Below are positions 19,119 through 27,835 of a DNA stretch of 64,000 nt, one piece after another; positions within the stretch are counted from its first letter, which is position 1; every line of letters starts with the position of its first letter. This DNA is from Candidatus Bathyarchaeota archaeon (GTDB lineage: Archaea; Thermoproteota; Bathyarchaeia; Bathyarchaeales; DTEX01): the NCBI GenBank assembly GCA_018397065.1, contig JAGTRI010000003.1, forward strand, positions 6,742 through 70,741. The letters are read 5' to 3'. A program made the position numbers and the translations under genes. The notes beneath the pieces were generated by a model. It did not search any database. It was given only the letters and a program-made list of their open reading frames with translations, and was not told the DNA's origin.

Positions 19119-19472
19119 ATACCCGTCCTCTTCAAAATTGAAGGATTAGGCGAAGCGAAAGCTGAACTTGTAAGGTTCCTGTCCCCGAGAACCGTAGACT
19201 TAATAGTCAGAAAACTGCCTCTAGAAGGAAGGGCAAGCCTACATCAAAACGAGGTTTTCTTTGAAGTTGTATTATCAATCGGCGAGGAAAAAGCCAAAAA
19301 CATCTCTGACAAGGGGATGATTGCCTACTGGCCGATGGGAGGGGCGCTATGCGTCTTTCTTGACAAAGTTAGGCCCTACAGCGCTATTAATCCCGTTGGG
19401 AGAATAACTGAGAACTTGTCAGTTTTTAGCCAAGTGAAAAGCGGGACAAAAATTAGGGTTGAAAGAGTATGA
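19119..19472 (+). CDS. Cyclophilin-like-fold protein (paralogue of 24426-24809), no canonical start codon
   Basis: Frame open from 19062 to TGA 19470-19472, absent from the ORF track. PVLFKIEGLGEAKAELVRFLSPRTVDLIVRKLPLEGRASLHQNEVFFEV...GMIAYWPMGGALCVFLD...GTKIRVERV aligns along its length with the 24426 protein. The homology-predicted N-terminus coincides with ATA 19119. Confidence 0.55.
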   Translation: MPVLFKIEGLGEAKAELVRFLSPRTVDLIVRKLPLEGRASLHQNEVFFEVVLSIGEEKAKNISDKGMIAYWPMGGALCVFLDKVRPYSAINPVGRITENLSVFSQVKSGTKIRVERV

Positions 19473-19496
19473 ATTCGATTTTTATCACGTTATGAT

Positions 19497-20069
19497 TCAC
19501 ATTGTCCTCTGAAGTTGGCCAATTTTTTGTAGGTGAAGTTTTTGAGCTTCTTGCCGCCACTTGTTTTGCCAGCTTTTCCATCCTGTTTTCACGAGTCGTT
19601 CCCTTAATTCGATTTTGTCAGCAACCCAGTCTAGAATTGGATAGAATCGTCTGTTGCTTTCAAGTTTATCTCTTGGCACTCCGACCTCGATGCACCATTC
19701 AATGAAGCTTTTTTCAACTCGCTCCTGCAGTTCACCTGTAATGACGGTTTTTTCCACGTGGAATCCTTGTTCTTCCAAAAAGCCGCGGATGCCTGAAAGA
19801 ATATATCCAGAACATACCTTGAAGCAAGTTTGTTTGTCGGGCTGCATGGCTTCCACGATTTCTTTTCCGATTCTTCGAGCATCATCAAGGTAGGCTTTAT
19901 TCTCGAAATTTGGAGATTGAAAAGACGTGACAGGTATCCTGCGCTCCATGTATCTGCGGTCTGGAAGCTTTAAAGCTCCGATTACGACGCCTAGAATTAG
20001 GTCTCCCCAACCAGCATCATCTATAAGAATTGTTTTAGTATAAATGAACTGGTCAAGGGACATGAACAA
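19497..20069 (-). CDS. Hypothetical protein (IDDAGWGD motif)
   Basis: 190 aa. N-terminal ILIDDAGWGDLILGVV is reminiscent of the RNase HII DEAGRG metal-binding motif, but the rest is not recognised. Confidence 0.45.
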   Translation of the reverse strand: MFMSLDQFIYTKTILIDDAGWGDLILGVVIGALKLPDRRYMERRIPVTSFQSPNFENKAYLDDARRIGKEIVEAMQPDKQTCFKVCSGYILSGIRGFLEEQGFHVEKTVITGELQERVEKSFIEWCIEVGVPRDKLESNRRFYPILDWVADKIELRERLVKTGWKSWQNKWRQEAQKLHLQKIGQLQRTM

Positions 20070-20220
20070 GAACTCCTTTAGAAGAGAACATCGCTATTTG
20101 AGAGCCACCGCTTCTGAATATAACATAATCAAGCCTAATTTAAAACTTTAATGCTTCCACTAAATAAAAAAGTATAGACCCATAAAAATGTTAGAAGGCT
20201 TTTTGAAAACTGAAATCTTG

Positions 20221-20565
20221 TTAAGAACTTGCTGCAAGTTTGTAAATTTTGGTTCCTTTTCCACTTGAAACAAAGGTAACGAGTCCTTGACGCTGGAGTT
20301 CTTCAAGAAAATCTCGTGCAACGCTTAGCCTAAGGTTTAAACGAGAGGCTAAAGAGTAAGGAGTGAGAACCTTCATTCCTTGAAGCTCCTTTTCTATCTT
20401 CTTGTCCCTTGGATTAGGCACTGTTATACCTGTAATCCTTTTCTCAGCGGTTGAAGAGGTGCTGCTTGGTCCACTGCTTTTTCCCCTAGGTTGAGTCTTT
20501 CGTTCCTCAATTTCTTGGGATTTCGCCATTTGGGTGATGCTTTTCTTCTTTTTCCCTCCACCCAT
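20221..20565 (-). CDS. rps25e: Ribosomal protein eS25 (S25e)
   Basis: Lys-rich N-terminus MGGGKKKK... and C-terminal wHTH ...KVLTPYSLASRLNLRLSVARDFLEELQRQGLV, typical of archaeal S25e. Confidence 0.8.
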   Translation of the reverse strand: MGGGKKKKSITQMAKSQEIEERKTQPRGKSSGPSSTSSTAEKRITGITVPNPRDKKIEKELQGMKVLTPYSLASRLNLRLSVARDFLEELQRQGLVTFVSSGKGTKIYKLAASS

Positions 20566-20613
20566 ATTTTTCGCCTAACTCTCTTCAAGCACTGCTTAGA
20601 TTTATAGGTTTCT

Positions 20614-22104
20614 CTAGGCAACCGCATCTATGTCTTTTTTGTAGGCCTGCTTCCACTCTTCAATTGGGATTCCAAGGTTCTTCTCGATTTTTGACCTATG
20701 AATTGAGTTCATCGTACAAAACGGAATGATTCGTCCGTCAGGCACAGCATAGTGTATGCAGCACCTTTGAACTCTTTCAAGGTCAAAGTTATAGGGATCC
20801 ATGAAATGCATCGAAGAAACCATGAGCATTTTTCGGTGAATGTCGCCCAACGCGTTGTAGCTACCAGTTTTTAGCAGTGGCCAAATGTATTTCCTCAACA
20901 TTCCAAAGTTAATATGGCGCATTGAGCTGATAAGCTTCATTTTTAGTCTTGTTTCATGCCCCTTGTCTGATTCCTCATAGACTCCTTTCATCGAGTTTAT
21001 GAAGCCATCAACGTTTCCGTAATGCGTTATTGGAATCATTTTTCCGTCTTCAACAAAGACATATGTTGCCATTCCACAGTGAGGATGAGCCGTAAATTCC
21101 ACGTAACGTTTCTTTTTCAGGGCACCCACAGCCTTAGACACTGGTACGACGGTTGGAACAGGGTAAAAGTCAGAAACCTTAATTTGTCCATCTGTTTGAT
21201 TTTCAACTTGCTTCATGAATTCTGGAATAGTTATCCGCATTTCCTTTCGTTGTTTTTCTGGAACTCGTCCACAGATTGAGACAGGTTGAAAGTTCACACA
21301 TCGTACGATGTCGAAATTGTCCACTGCAAACTTCAGTATGTCGCCAATCTGATGATCATTTACTCCCTTAACTAAAGTGCAAACTAACACTATGCTGTGT
21401 AGTCCTGCTTCTCTGCAGTTTTCGATAGCTTTAAACTTAATTTGGGTTAAGTCAACTCCCCTCGTAAATTTATAAACGTCAGATGTAACACCGTCAAACT
21501 GCAGATAAACTGTGCTTACTCCAGCCTCTTTTAAGCTTCGGCAGTAATCAACGCTTGACGCAAGCCTTACGCCGTTCGTGTTAACTTCAACATGCTTGAT
21601 GCCCTTTGTTTTAGCCATCCTTACCAAATCAGGCAAGTCCTCTCGAATCGTTGGTTCTCCACCTGAAAACTGCAAAGCGTCCGTGTGCACAGGTCTATTG
21701 CTGCGTAAGTTATCAAGCATTGCCTCAATTTGTTCCTTAGTAGGCTCATAAACGTATCCAGTTGTCCCAGCTGTAGCAAAACAAACTGGGCATCTGAGGT
21801 TACAGCGGTTTGTAATATCAATTATAGCGAGAACGGTGTGAGATTTATGTTGAGGGCATAGGCCGCAGTCAAATGGGCAATTAAGCTTCGTCTCAGTTCT
21901 CGGATTCTCAACTCCGTCTCCAATGTATTCGTAGGCTTTAACTCGCTCGTATTGCTCGTAGTCTGACCAGTAAACTTCTTGATATGAACCGTGTTCTGAG
22001 CATCCCTTTTTTATGTATACAACATTGTCATCCTCGAAAATTGTTGCATCCAAAACTTTCAGGCATTCCGGGCAAAGAGACTTAGTCTGTTTGATGACCT
22101 TCAT
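20614..22104 (-). CDS. Radical SAM protein of the MJ0619 / tetraether-lipid-synthase (Tes, GDGT-MAS)-like type
   Basis: N-terminal CPEC...CSEHG zinc-ribbon-like region, CPFDCGLCPQH auxiliary Cys motif, NRCNLRCPVC radical-SAM motif. About 500 aa, as in that family. The family assignment is from memory. Confidence 0.6.
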   Translation of the reverse strand: MKVIKQTKSLCPECLKVLDATIFEDDNVVYIKKGCSEHGSYQEVYWSDYEQYERVKAYEYIGDGVENPRTETKLNCPFDCGLCPQHKSHTVLAIIDITNRCNLRCPVCFATAGTTGYVYEPTKEQIEAMLDNLRSNRPVHTDALQFSGGEPTIREDLPDLVRMAKTKGIKHVEVNTNGVRLASSVDYCRSLKEAGVSTVYLQFDGVTSDVYKFTRGVDLTQIKFKAIENCREAGLHSIVLVCTLVKGVNDHQIGDILKFAVDNFDIVRCVNFQPVSICGRVPEKQRKEMRITIPEFMKQVENQTDGQIKVSDFYPVPTVVPVSKAVGALKKKRYVEFTAHPHCGMATYVFVEDGKMIPITHYGNVDGFINSMKGVYEESDKGHETRLKMKLISSMRHINFGMLRKYIWPLLKTGSYNALGDIHRKMLMVSSMHFMDPYNFDLERVQRCCIHYAVPDGRIIPFCTMNSIHRSKIEKNLGIPIEEWKQAYKKDIDAVA

Positions 22105-22196
22105 TTTTCACCACTTTGAGTTGTAACATTTATTACATGGTTGAACATTCTTCGTATAATAAGGTTTCCAAACCTCTCCTAAGGTGAAAAGTTGGA

Positions 22197-22949
22197 TTGC
22201 TAGAAAACATCAGTGAAGAAGCAAAAAACGCTTTAAGAGAAGCTGGATTAACCGAGTACGAAACTCGTGCTTACCTATACCTTTTACAGGAAGGAGTGTC
22301 AACAGCGAGGCAAATCAGCAACGAAGCGAATGTTCCGTACTCAAAAATCTATGAGGTTCTAAACGCGTTGGAAAGAAAAGGCTGGGTTAAGACCCAGATG
22401 GATAGACCTCGTCAGTACTATCCGAAATCCCCTAGCGAAGCTCTAGATGCAACACGTTTGAGGCTTGAAAACATGATGAAGTCTTGGCGTAACACTGTCA
22501 TTAAGGAGCTTCAACCATTGTATGAAAAAAGAGAAATTAGGGAAAAACCTGACATCTGGATTCTCCGCGGCGAATTCGATGCAATAGCAAAGCTAAAAGA
22601 CCTCGTCAACAATGCCAAGATAGAGTTGATGTTTGCAGTACCGCCTTTAACAGAACCACTTCTTTACGCAATCATACCATTTTTTAACGAGCTCATAAGA
22701 AGGGACATCAAGGTTCAGATTATGGTTACGAAGGACTTCAATCTTGAAACTGAAGTTTTTTCTCGAAACTGCGAAGTCAGAAGAAGAGACAGCATGTTTG
22801 GCGGAGGCGTAATAGCTGATGGAGTTGAAGCTCTACTTATACTTGGAGAGAAAAAGCCTTCATTAATCATATGGTCAGACCACAGCGGACTTGTAAAATT
22901 CGCAAAAGATTATTTCCAGTATTTGTGGAACACAGCTAAGCCCATATAA
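22197..22949 (+). CDS. TrmB family transcriptional regulator
   Basis: LTEYETRAYLYLLQEGVSTARQISNEANVPYSKIYEVLNALERKGWV is the TrmB N-terminal wHTH. 250 aa. AGGTGA 9 nt before the TTG. Confidence 0.8.
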   Translation: MLENISEEAKNALREAGLTEYETRAYLYLLQEGVSTARQISNEANVPYSKIYEVLNALERKGWVKTQMDRPRQYYPKSPSEALDATRLRLENMMKSWRNTVIKELQPLYEKREIREKPDIWILRGEFDAIAKLKDLVNNAKIELMFAVPPLTEPLLYAIIPFFNELIRRDIKVQIMVTKDFNLETEVFSRNCEVRRRDSMFGGGVIADGVEALLILGEKKPSLIIWSDHSGLVKFAKDYFQYLWNTAKPI

Positions 22950-22956
22950 CAATCGT

Positions 22957-23871
22957 TTATGAGCTATAAATACTCGTAATCGTCTCTTTCAGCTGACAGG
23001 CTCCTTTGAGAAACAACGTTTTTTCGTCGTCGTCCAGTTTCCATTCAACAATTTTTTCAATTCCGTTTCGACCAAGAATAACTGGAACACCTATACTAAC
23101 ATCTTGAAGGCCATATTCACCATTCAAAACACAAGAGCAAACAGCAAGTCTCCTATCATCCTTTATTATTGCTTCAACCATGTTAGCTGTATTACAAGCA
23201 GGAGCATAAATCGTTGCGCCCTTCTTGGAAATAACTTGCAATGCAGAATCTCTCAAATTGTTCAAAACTTCAACACGTTCTGCTTTTATAATGGTTTTCT
23301 TTTGGTTTCTTATCTTCACTTGGCTGAACACTGGAACTTGGTTTTCTCCATGTTCTCCCACAACGTATGCGTCCACATCGAAACTCGAAACTCCATATTT
23401 GGCAGCAAGAACCGTTCTAAATCTTGCTGAATCAAGCATGCCGCCGCTACCGATAATTTTTTCTCTGCCCATGACGGTTGCCTTCCACATTACGTAATTC
23501 ATTATATCCATAGGATTAGTGAGCGTAATTATAACAGGGGCTCCGCCAAGTTTTTTTAGTTCTAAAGCAACGGATTTTATGATTTTTATATTTGCCTCAA
23601 GAAGTTCCATCCTTGATTTCATATCTGGCGTCCGCGGCTTTCCAGCTGTAACAACAACCACGTTTGAATTCCTAGCGTCTTCGTAGCTTCCAGCAATAAC
23701 CTCTGTGTCATTTCGGAAGGCTATTGCCTGTGCAATGTCCAATGCGTTTCCCTCAGCTAGCTCATGGTAGACATCAACTAGAACAATCCTGTCAACAAAA
23801 TCGCGAGCCGCAATTTCGTAGGCAATGCATGAGCCGAGATTTCCTACGCCAATAATTGTTGCTTTAATCAT
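22957..23871 (-). CDS. mdh: Malate/L-lactate dehydrogenase (LDH-like MDH)
   Basis: IIGVGNLGS NAD motif, TLTNPMD, VVGEHGEN catalytic His region. 304 aa. Confidence 0.85.
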   Translation of the reverse strand: MIKATIIGVGNLGSCIAYEIAARDFVDRIVLVDVYHELAEGNALDIAQAIAFRNDTEVIAGSYEDARNSNVVVVTAGKPRTPDMKSRMELLEANIKIIKSVALELKKLGGAPVIITLTNPMDIMNYVMWKATVMGREKIIGSGGMLDSARFRTVLAAKYGVSSFDVDAYVVGEHGENQVPVFSQVKIRNQKKTIIKAERVEVLNNLRDSALQVISKKGATIYAPACNTANMVEAIIKDDRRLAVCSCVLNGEYGLQDVSIGVPVILGRNGIEKIVEWKLDDDEKTLFLKGACQLKETITSIYSS

Positions 23872-23994
23872 GACAGAATGTAAGGATCAATCATCGAATA
23901 ACTGTTTCTCTAGAAAAATCTTTAACAAGGCTTTGAGCTGGCATTTGCAAAGGCTTATTTAAACTTGACAATTAACACATCACGGTGACAGTAA

Positions 23995-24213
23995 TTGGGG
24001 TCTAAGAACATAAGAATGTATGAACAAGACTCTGTTTACCTCCTAATACATGCAGACGACATAGGAATGCGCCACTCAGTAAACAGAACAATGATGGAAG
24101 CCTATGAAAGAGGAATGTTTTCATCTGGCAGCCTAATGGTTCCATGCACATGGTTTTTAGAGGCAGCTGAATACTTTCGAAAACATCCTGAATATGACAT
24201 GGATATGACATAG
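23995..24213 (+). pseudogene. YdjC/ChbG-like carbohydrate deacetylase, N-terminal stub only
   Basis: [35 protein letters not shown] matches the N-terminus of YdjC-family proteins (about 250 aa), but the ORF stops after 72 codons and no continuation is seen in any frame. Confidence 0.5.
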
Positions 24214-24425
24214 AAATCCACGTTACTCAGACATGAAGACTTTTTTAAATGACAAAAAATAGACGTGTCATACAAACTCTTGGCCTAAAATTAATTGGAA
24301 GGCGTAACCTATAGTGTCCATAACTATACATTATAATATTCGTTTTTTCACGTAGATTTCTCCAAAAAAAGAATAAAGATGAAACCATAAGTAATTATAT
24401 GATGAGGTATAATAGAGGCTTTGAA

Positions 24426-24809
24426 ATGGTTAAGACAATCAAAATTATAAGCGAAAAAATCGGCATCGTCGAAGCCGAAATTGACGAACAAAAAAATCCG
24501 AACACTGCCAAAGCAATCTGGAACGCTCTACCCTTTGAAGCTAGGGCCAACACATGGGGAGACGAAATATACTTTGCCATCCCAGTAAAACTAAGCGCCG
24601 AAAACGCTCAGCCAACAGTCCAACCTGGAGACATAGGATACTGGCCGCCGGGACAGGGATTTTGCATATTCTTCGGACCAACACCCATAAGCCGCGGAAA
24701 CGAAATTAGACCAGCAAACCCAGTAAACGTGTTTGGAAAAATAAAAGGAGACCCAAAAATACTTAAAAAAGTCAGAGATGGAGACAAAATACGAATCGAG
24801 AAAGCATAA
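24426..24809 (+). CDS. Cyclophilin-like-fold protein (DUF-type, small)
   Basis: MVKTIKIISEKIGIVEAEIDEQKNPNTAKAIWNALPFEARANTWGDEIYFAIPV...GDIGYWPPGQGFCIFFG pattern. ATG at 24426 lies 8 nt after GAGG. Confidence 0.65.
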   Translation: MVKTIKIISEKIGIVEAEIDEQKNPNTAKAIWNALPFEARANTWGDEIYFAIPVKLSAENAQPTVQPGDIGYWPPGQGFCIFFGPTPISRGNEIRPANPVNVFGKIKGDPKILKKVRDGDKIRIEKA

Positions 24810-24870
24810 CATATACGCTCAACAAATTGCGCCTAAATTTCACATACTCTTTTTTTCTAAGCCAAACATG

Positions 24871-25028
24871 AAAACAAAATTTTACAATCCACGGTTCCAC
24901 AGTGTTTCCACAGAGCCTGTATAAAGAAAAAATTCTCAACATGCACGGAATAAGTACGAAACGTGGAAGAATAGCCAGGAAAACTAACCCGACTATATAT
25001 CCCTTTCCCTTCATCCCCTACAGACAAT
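24871..25028 (-). repeat. Intergenic repeat, copy A (inverted relative to copy B)
   Basis: Core 24884-25000 is the reverse complement of 40961-41077 with 8 mismatches in 117 nt (hand alignment). The flanks are more diverged. Confidence 0.85.
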
Positions 25029-25083
25029 TATTAATAAAACTAAGTGTAGCTACGCCAAAACAAAAAATAAAAATTGAGGAATT

Positions 25084-26295
25084 TTAGGATGGCAGTGTTA
25101 CCCATTTGCCTTTTTCCGACGATTCCTCAATTGCTGAAAGTATTTCTTGGCATTTCAACCCGTCGTAGAAGGTTGCTCCGTAAGGCGCCACAGGCTTGTC
25201 GTTTACGATGCAGTCGACTAAATGATGAATTTCATGTACAAAAGTGTGTTCCCACCCAATTATGTGCCCATGAGGCCACCAATGTTCGATGAATGGATGA
25301 ACACTTTCCGTCACCAAGATGTTGCGGAACCCCATTCTGTCATCTTTATCTTTTTTTGAGTAAACTTCCAGCTCATTTAACCGTTCAAGGTTAAAACTAA
25401 TTGAACCCTCTGTACCGTGAATTTCGATTCTCTGATAGTTCTTCCGCCCAGCGCAGAACCTTGAGGCTTCAAGACTGCCAATCGCGTTGTTCTTAAATCT
25501 TACCATAGCGATGAACACGTCGTCAACGTCAACTTTGCCTTTCTTTTTAGGATCATCAGGCAAAGATCGTTCTTTAATGAAAGTTTCAGTCATCCCACAA
25601 ATTGAGGCGAAATCTCCCACTAGAAATCTTGCCAAGTCAACGATGTGTGCTCCTAAGTCACCAAGAGCACCTGAACCTGCAACGCTCTTCCTCAACCTCC
25701 AAACCAATGGAAAACTTGGATCCATAATCCATTCCTGAAGGTAAACAGCTCTAAACTGTAAAATTTTGCCGATAAACCCTTCATCGATAAGGTTTTTCGC
25801 AAGCCTCAAAGCAGGAACAAACCGATAATTAAAAGCTGTCATATGCTTAACACCAGCCTTTTCAGCAGCTTCATACATTGCCCTTGCTTCCTTGAGGGTT
25901 CCAGCAAGAGGCTTTTCGCAAATCACGTGCTTCCCAGCTTCAACAGCACCAATGCAAGGCTCTGCGTGCAAGTTGTTTGGAAGACAGTTGTCTATCAACT
26001 GGATTCTTTTGTCCTTAACAAGGGTTTTCCAATCCGTGTAATAGGTTTCAAACCCAAACCTTTTCGCAGCTTCAGCTAAAGCTTCCTCCGTTCTTCCACA
26101 CAGCGCCACCAGTCTTGGTCTAGCAGGAGGCGGATAGAAGAACACAGGCATCTTCTTGTATCCGTTAGTGTGAGCTTTTCCCATGAAAGCGTAGCCGAGG
26201 ACGCCAACGCCGATGTCTTTAACTTCCTTAGGTTCTTTTGCAACTTTTCCCATCGTTACGAATCCAACTTCTTTCTTCGCCATTTTTACCACCAA
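25084..26295 (-). CDS. Gfo/Idh/MocA family NAD(P)-dependent oxidoreductase
   Basis: N-terminal Rossmann region (GVGVLGYAFMGKAH), EKPLA motif (ICEKPLAG) and typical C-terminal alpha/beta domain. 403 aa. Confidence 0.85.
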   Translation of the reverse strand: MVVKMAKKEVGFVTMGKVAKEPKEVKDIGVGVLGYAFMGKAHTNGYKKMPVFFYPPPARPRLVALCGRTEEALAEAAKRFGFETYYTDWKTLVKDKRIQLIDNCLPNNLHAEPCIGAVEAGKHVICEKPLAGTLKEARAMYEAAEKAGVKHMTAFNYRFVPALRLAKNLIDEGFIGKILQFRAVYLQEWIMDPSFPLVWRLRKSVAGSGALGDLGAHIVDLARFLVGDFASICGMTETFIKERSLPDDPKKKGKVDVDDVFIAMVRFKNNAIGSLEASRFCAGRKNYQRIEIHGTEGSISFNLERLNELEVYSKKDKDDRMGFRNILVTESVHPFIEHWWPHGHIIGWEHTFVHEIHHLVDCIVNDKPVAPYGATFYDGLKCQEILSAIEESSEKGKWVTLPS

Positions 26296-27248
26296 ACCTG
26301 TTTTAAAGGAGCTTTAATAATTAAAGGCTTCAGATGTGCAATGCATTTTTCGCATCCGTCTTCGCGGCTCATCACTGGATCTTCATGCTCATAACTTAGG
26401 ACGTAGTCATAACGAACCTCAAGCAAAGCAGTCATGATTCTTTTCCAGTCAACATCGCCCCAACCTACAACGCGGAACCTGAAACCTCTACCCTGCCTCA
26501 TCCAGCCTCCAGTCGGAATTACGCCTGAGGTCGCAACATGTTCCTTCACAAGCTCAGCGTCCTTTGCGTGCGCATGATAGATTCTTTCACCAAATTTCTT
26601 AATGAAAATCACTGGGTCAATCCCTTGCCAAACGAAATGGCTGGGGTCAAAGTTAAAGCCAAACTCTTTCCTGCTATTAACTGCCTTAACCGCTTGCTCT
26701 GCAGTTTCAATATTGTAAGCCTGTTCCTGTGGATGAACCTCGTGCGCAAACTTTATTCCGTGAGTAGCGAACACATCGAATATTGGATTCCAACGTTCAG
26801 CAAATGTCTCGAAGCCTTTTTCGTAAATTTTTTCGTAAGCAGGTGGAAAAATGTACCATGCACCCCAACATGGGGCTCCAATAAAGCCATTCACGACTGG
26901 GACATCAAGCGCTGCTGCAGCTTCAGCTGTCTTCTTCATCCGTTCAATGCCATATTTTGCTTTTTCTTCAGGCGTGCCTTTAAAGAAGTCATCAGTAGAG
27001 GAGTCATGCGGGCCCAAAACAAGTTGTCCCTCAAGGTGGTTACTGAGGCCAGAAATTGTAAGCCCATACTTTTCAACCGTTTTCTTAAGTTTGGTTGCAC
27101 CTCCACTTAGCACTTCGTCGATGTTTAAATGGTTGCTTCCTTTCCATGCTGCAAGTTCAACGCACTCGTAGCCAAGCTTCGAAACATACTCCAAGACCTT
27201 TTCCAGTTTTAGCTCATTAAACAAAACAGTGAAGATCCCTATCTTCAA
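26286..27248 (-). CDS. Sugar phosphate isomerase/epimerase (xylose-isomerase-like TIM barrel)
   Basis: MKIGIFTVLF...GYECVELA...HEVHPQE...FDPSH pattern of the AP-endonuclease-2/IolE-like TIM-barrel family. Overlaps the downstream oxidoreductase gene by 10 nt. Confidence 0.8.
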   Translation of the reverse strand: MKIGIFTVLFNELKLEKVLEYVSKLGYECVELAAWKGSNHLNIDEVLSGGATKLKKTVEKYGLTISGLSNHLEGQLVLGPHDSSTDDFFKGTPEEKAKYGIERMKKTAEAAAALDVPVVNGFIGAPCWGAWYIFPPAYEKIYEKGFETFAERWNPIFDVFATHGIKFAHEVHPQEQAYNIETAEQAVKAVNSRKEFGFNFDPSHFVWQGIDPVIFIKKFGERIYHAHAKDAELVKEHVATSGVIPTGGWMRQGRGFRFRVVGWGDVDWKRIMTALLEVRYDYVLSYEHEDPVMSREDGCEKCIAHLKPLIIKAPLKQVWW

Positions 27249-27381
27249 ACAAATTCCTCTCCTTCACCATTTTTTCACGAAAATAATTAATTGTATTAAC
27301 TTAAATAATTTAACCGTAATACCTATACGAAGAAAACGATGCGGGTAATGTCGATTTATAGTTTAAAAATAATAGGTAAAA

Positions 27382-27585
27382 TTATTCTTTCGCGGCAACA
27401 GAATATTTACGTGTTTTAGGGTCACAGTCAATTTCGCCGTTCTCAAAAAGCCTTCTTAAAGAACCGAAAACGGTTTTGGGTTTTTTATCAAGTTTTTCAG
27501 CGATCTCAACCAGAGTAAGAGGACCTGTTTCTTTTAGCATGCAAAGAATCTGTTCATCGAGCTTATTCAAATCGTGACACCTCAA
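27382..27585 (-). CDS. Small winged-helix DNA-binding protein
   Basis: 67 aa. ILCMLKETGPLTLVEIAEKLDKKPKTVFGSLRRLFENGEI. Confidence 0.5.
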   Translation of the reverse strand: MRCHDLNKLDEQILCMLKETGPLTLVEIAEKLDKKPKTVFGSLRRLFENGEIDCDPKTRKYSVAAKE

Positions 27586-27835
27586 CTTTTGTAATATTCA
27601 TTAAACATTAAAATATTTATTTTCTTTGTAAATTGGCACTGGATTAACTTCATCCAAAATAGTGTTCAAATTTTACAAAAACTTAATAGGTGGCAATACT
27701 GCAAGAGACTGATTCTTAATCGCTTTACGCTCAAAATATGTGTTAACCTAATTGCCTAAGTTGTTAACATTCTTTGGTTAATAATAAGATGCTCCTCATT
27801 TTAGAAAACCTTAATTACGCCACATCCACTTATTC

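Noticed and set aside
24772-25014. Track ORFs across the two repeat copies (24772-25014 minus, 40821-41120 plus) as a conserved small hydrophobic protein.
   Set aside because: Both ORFs begin inside or beyond unrelated flanking sequence, have no Shine-Dalgarno or consistent start, and the copies differ by an indel near the putative N-terminus. The 2-of-3 synonymous substitutions are too few to count. Kept only as a caveat in the repeat finding.
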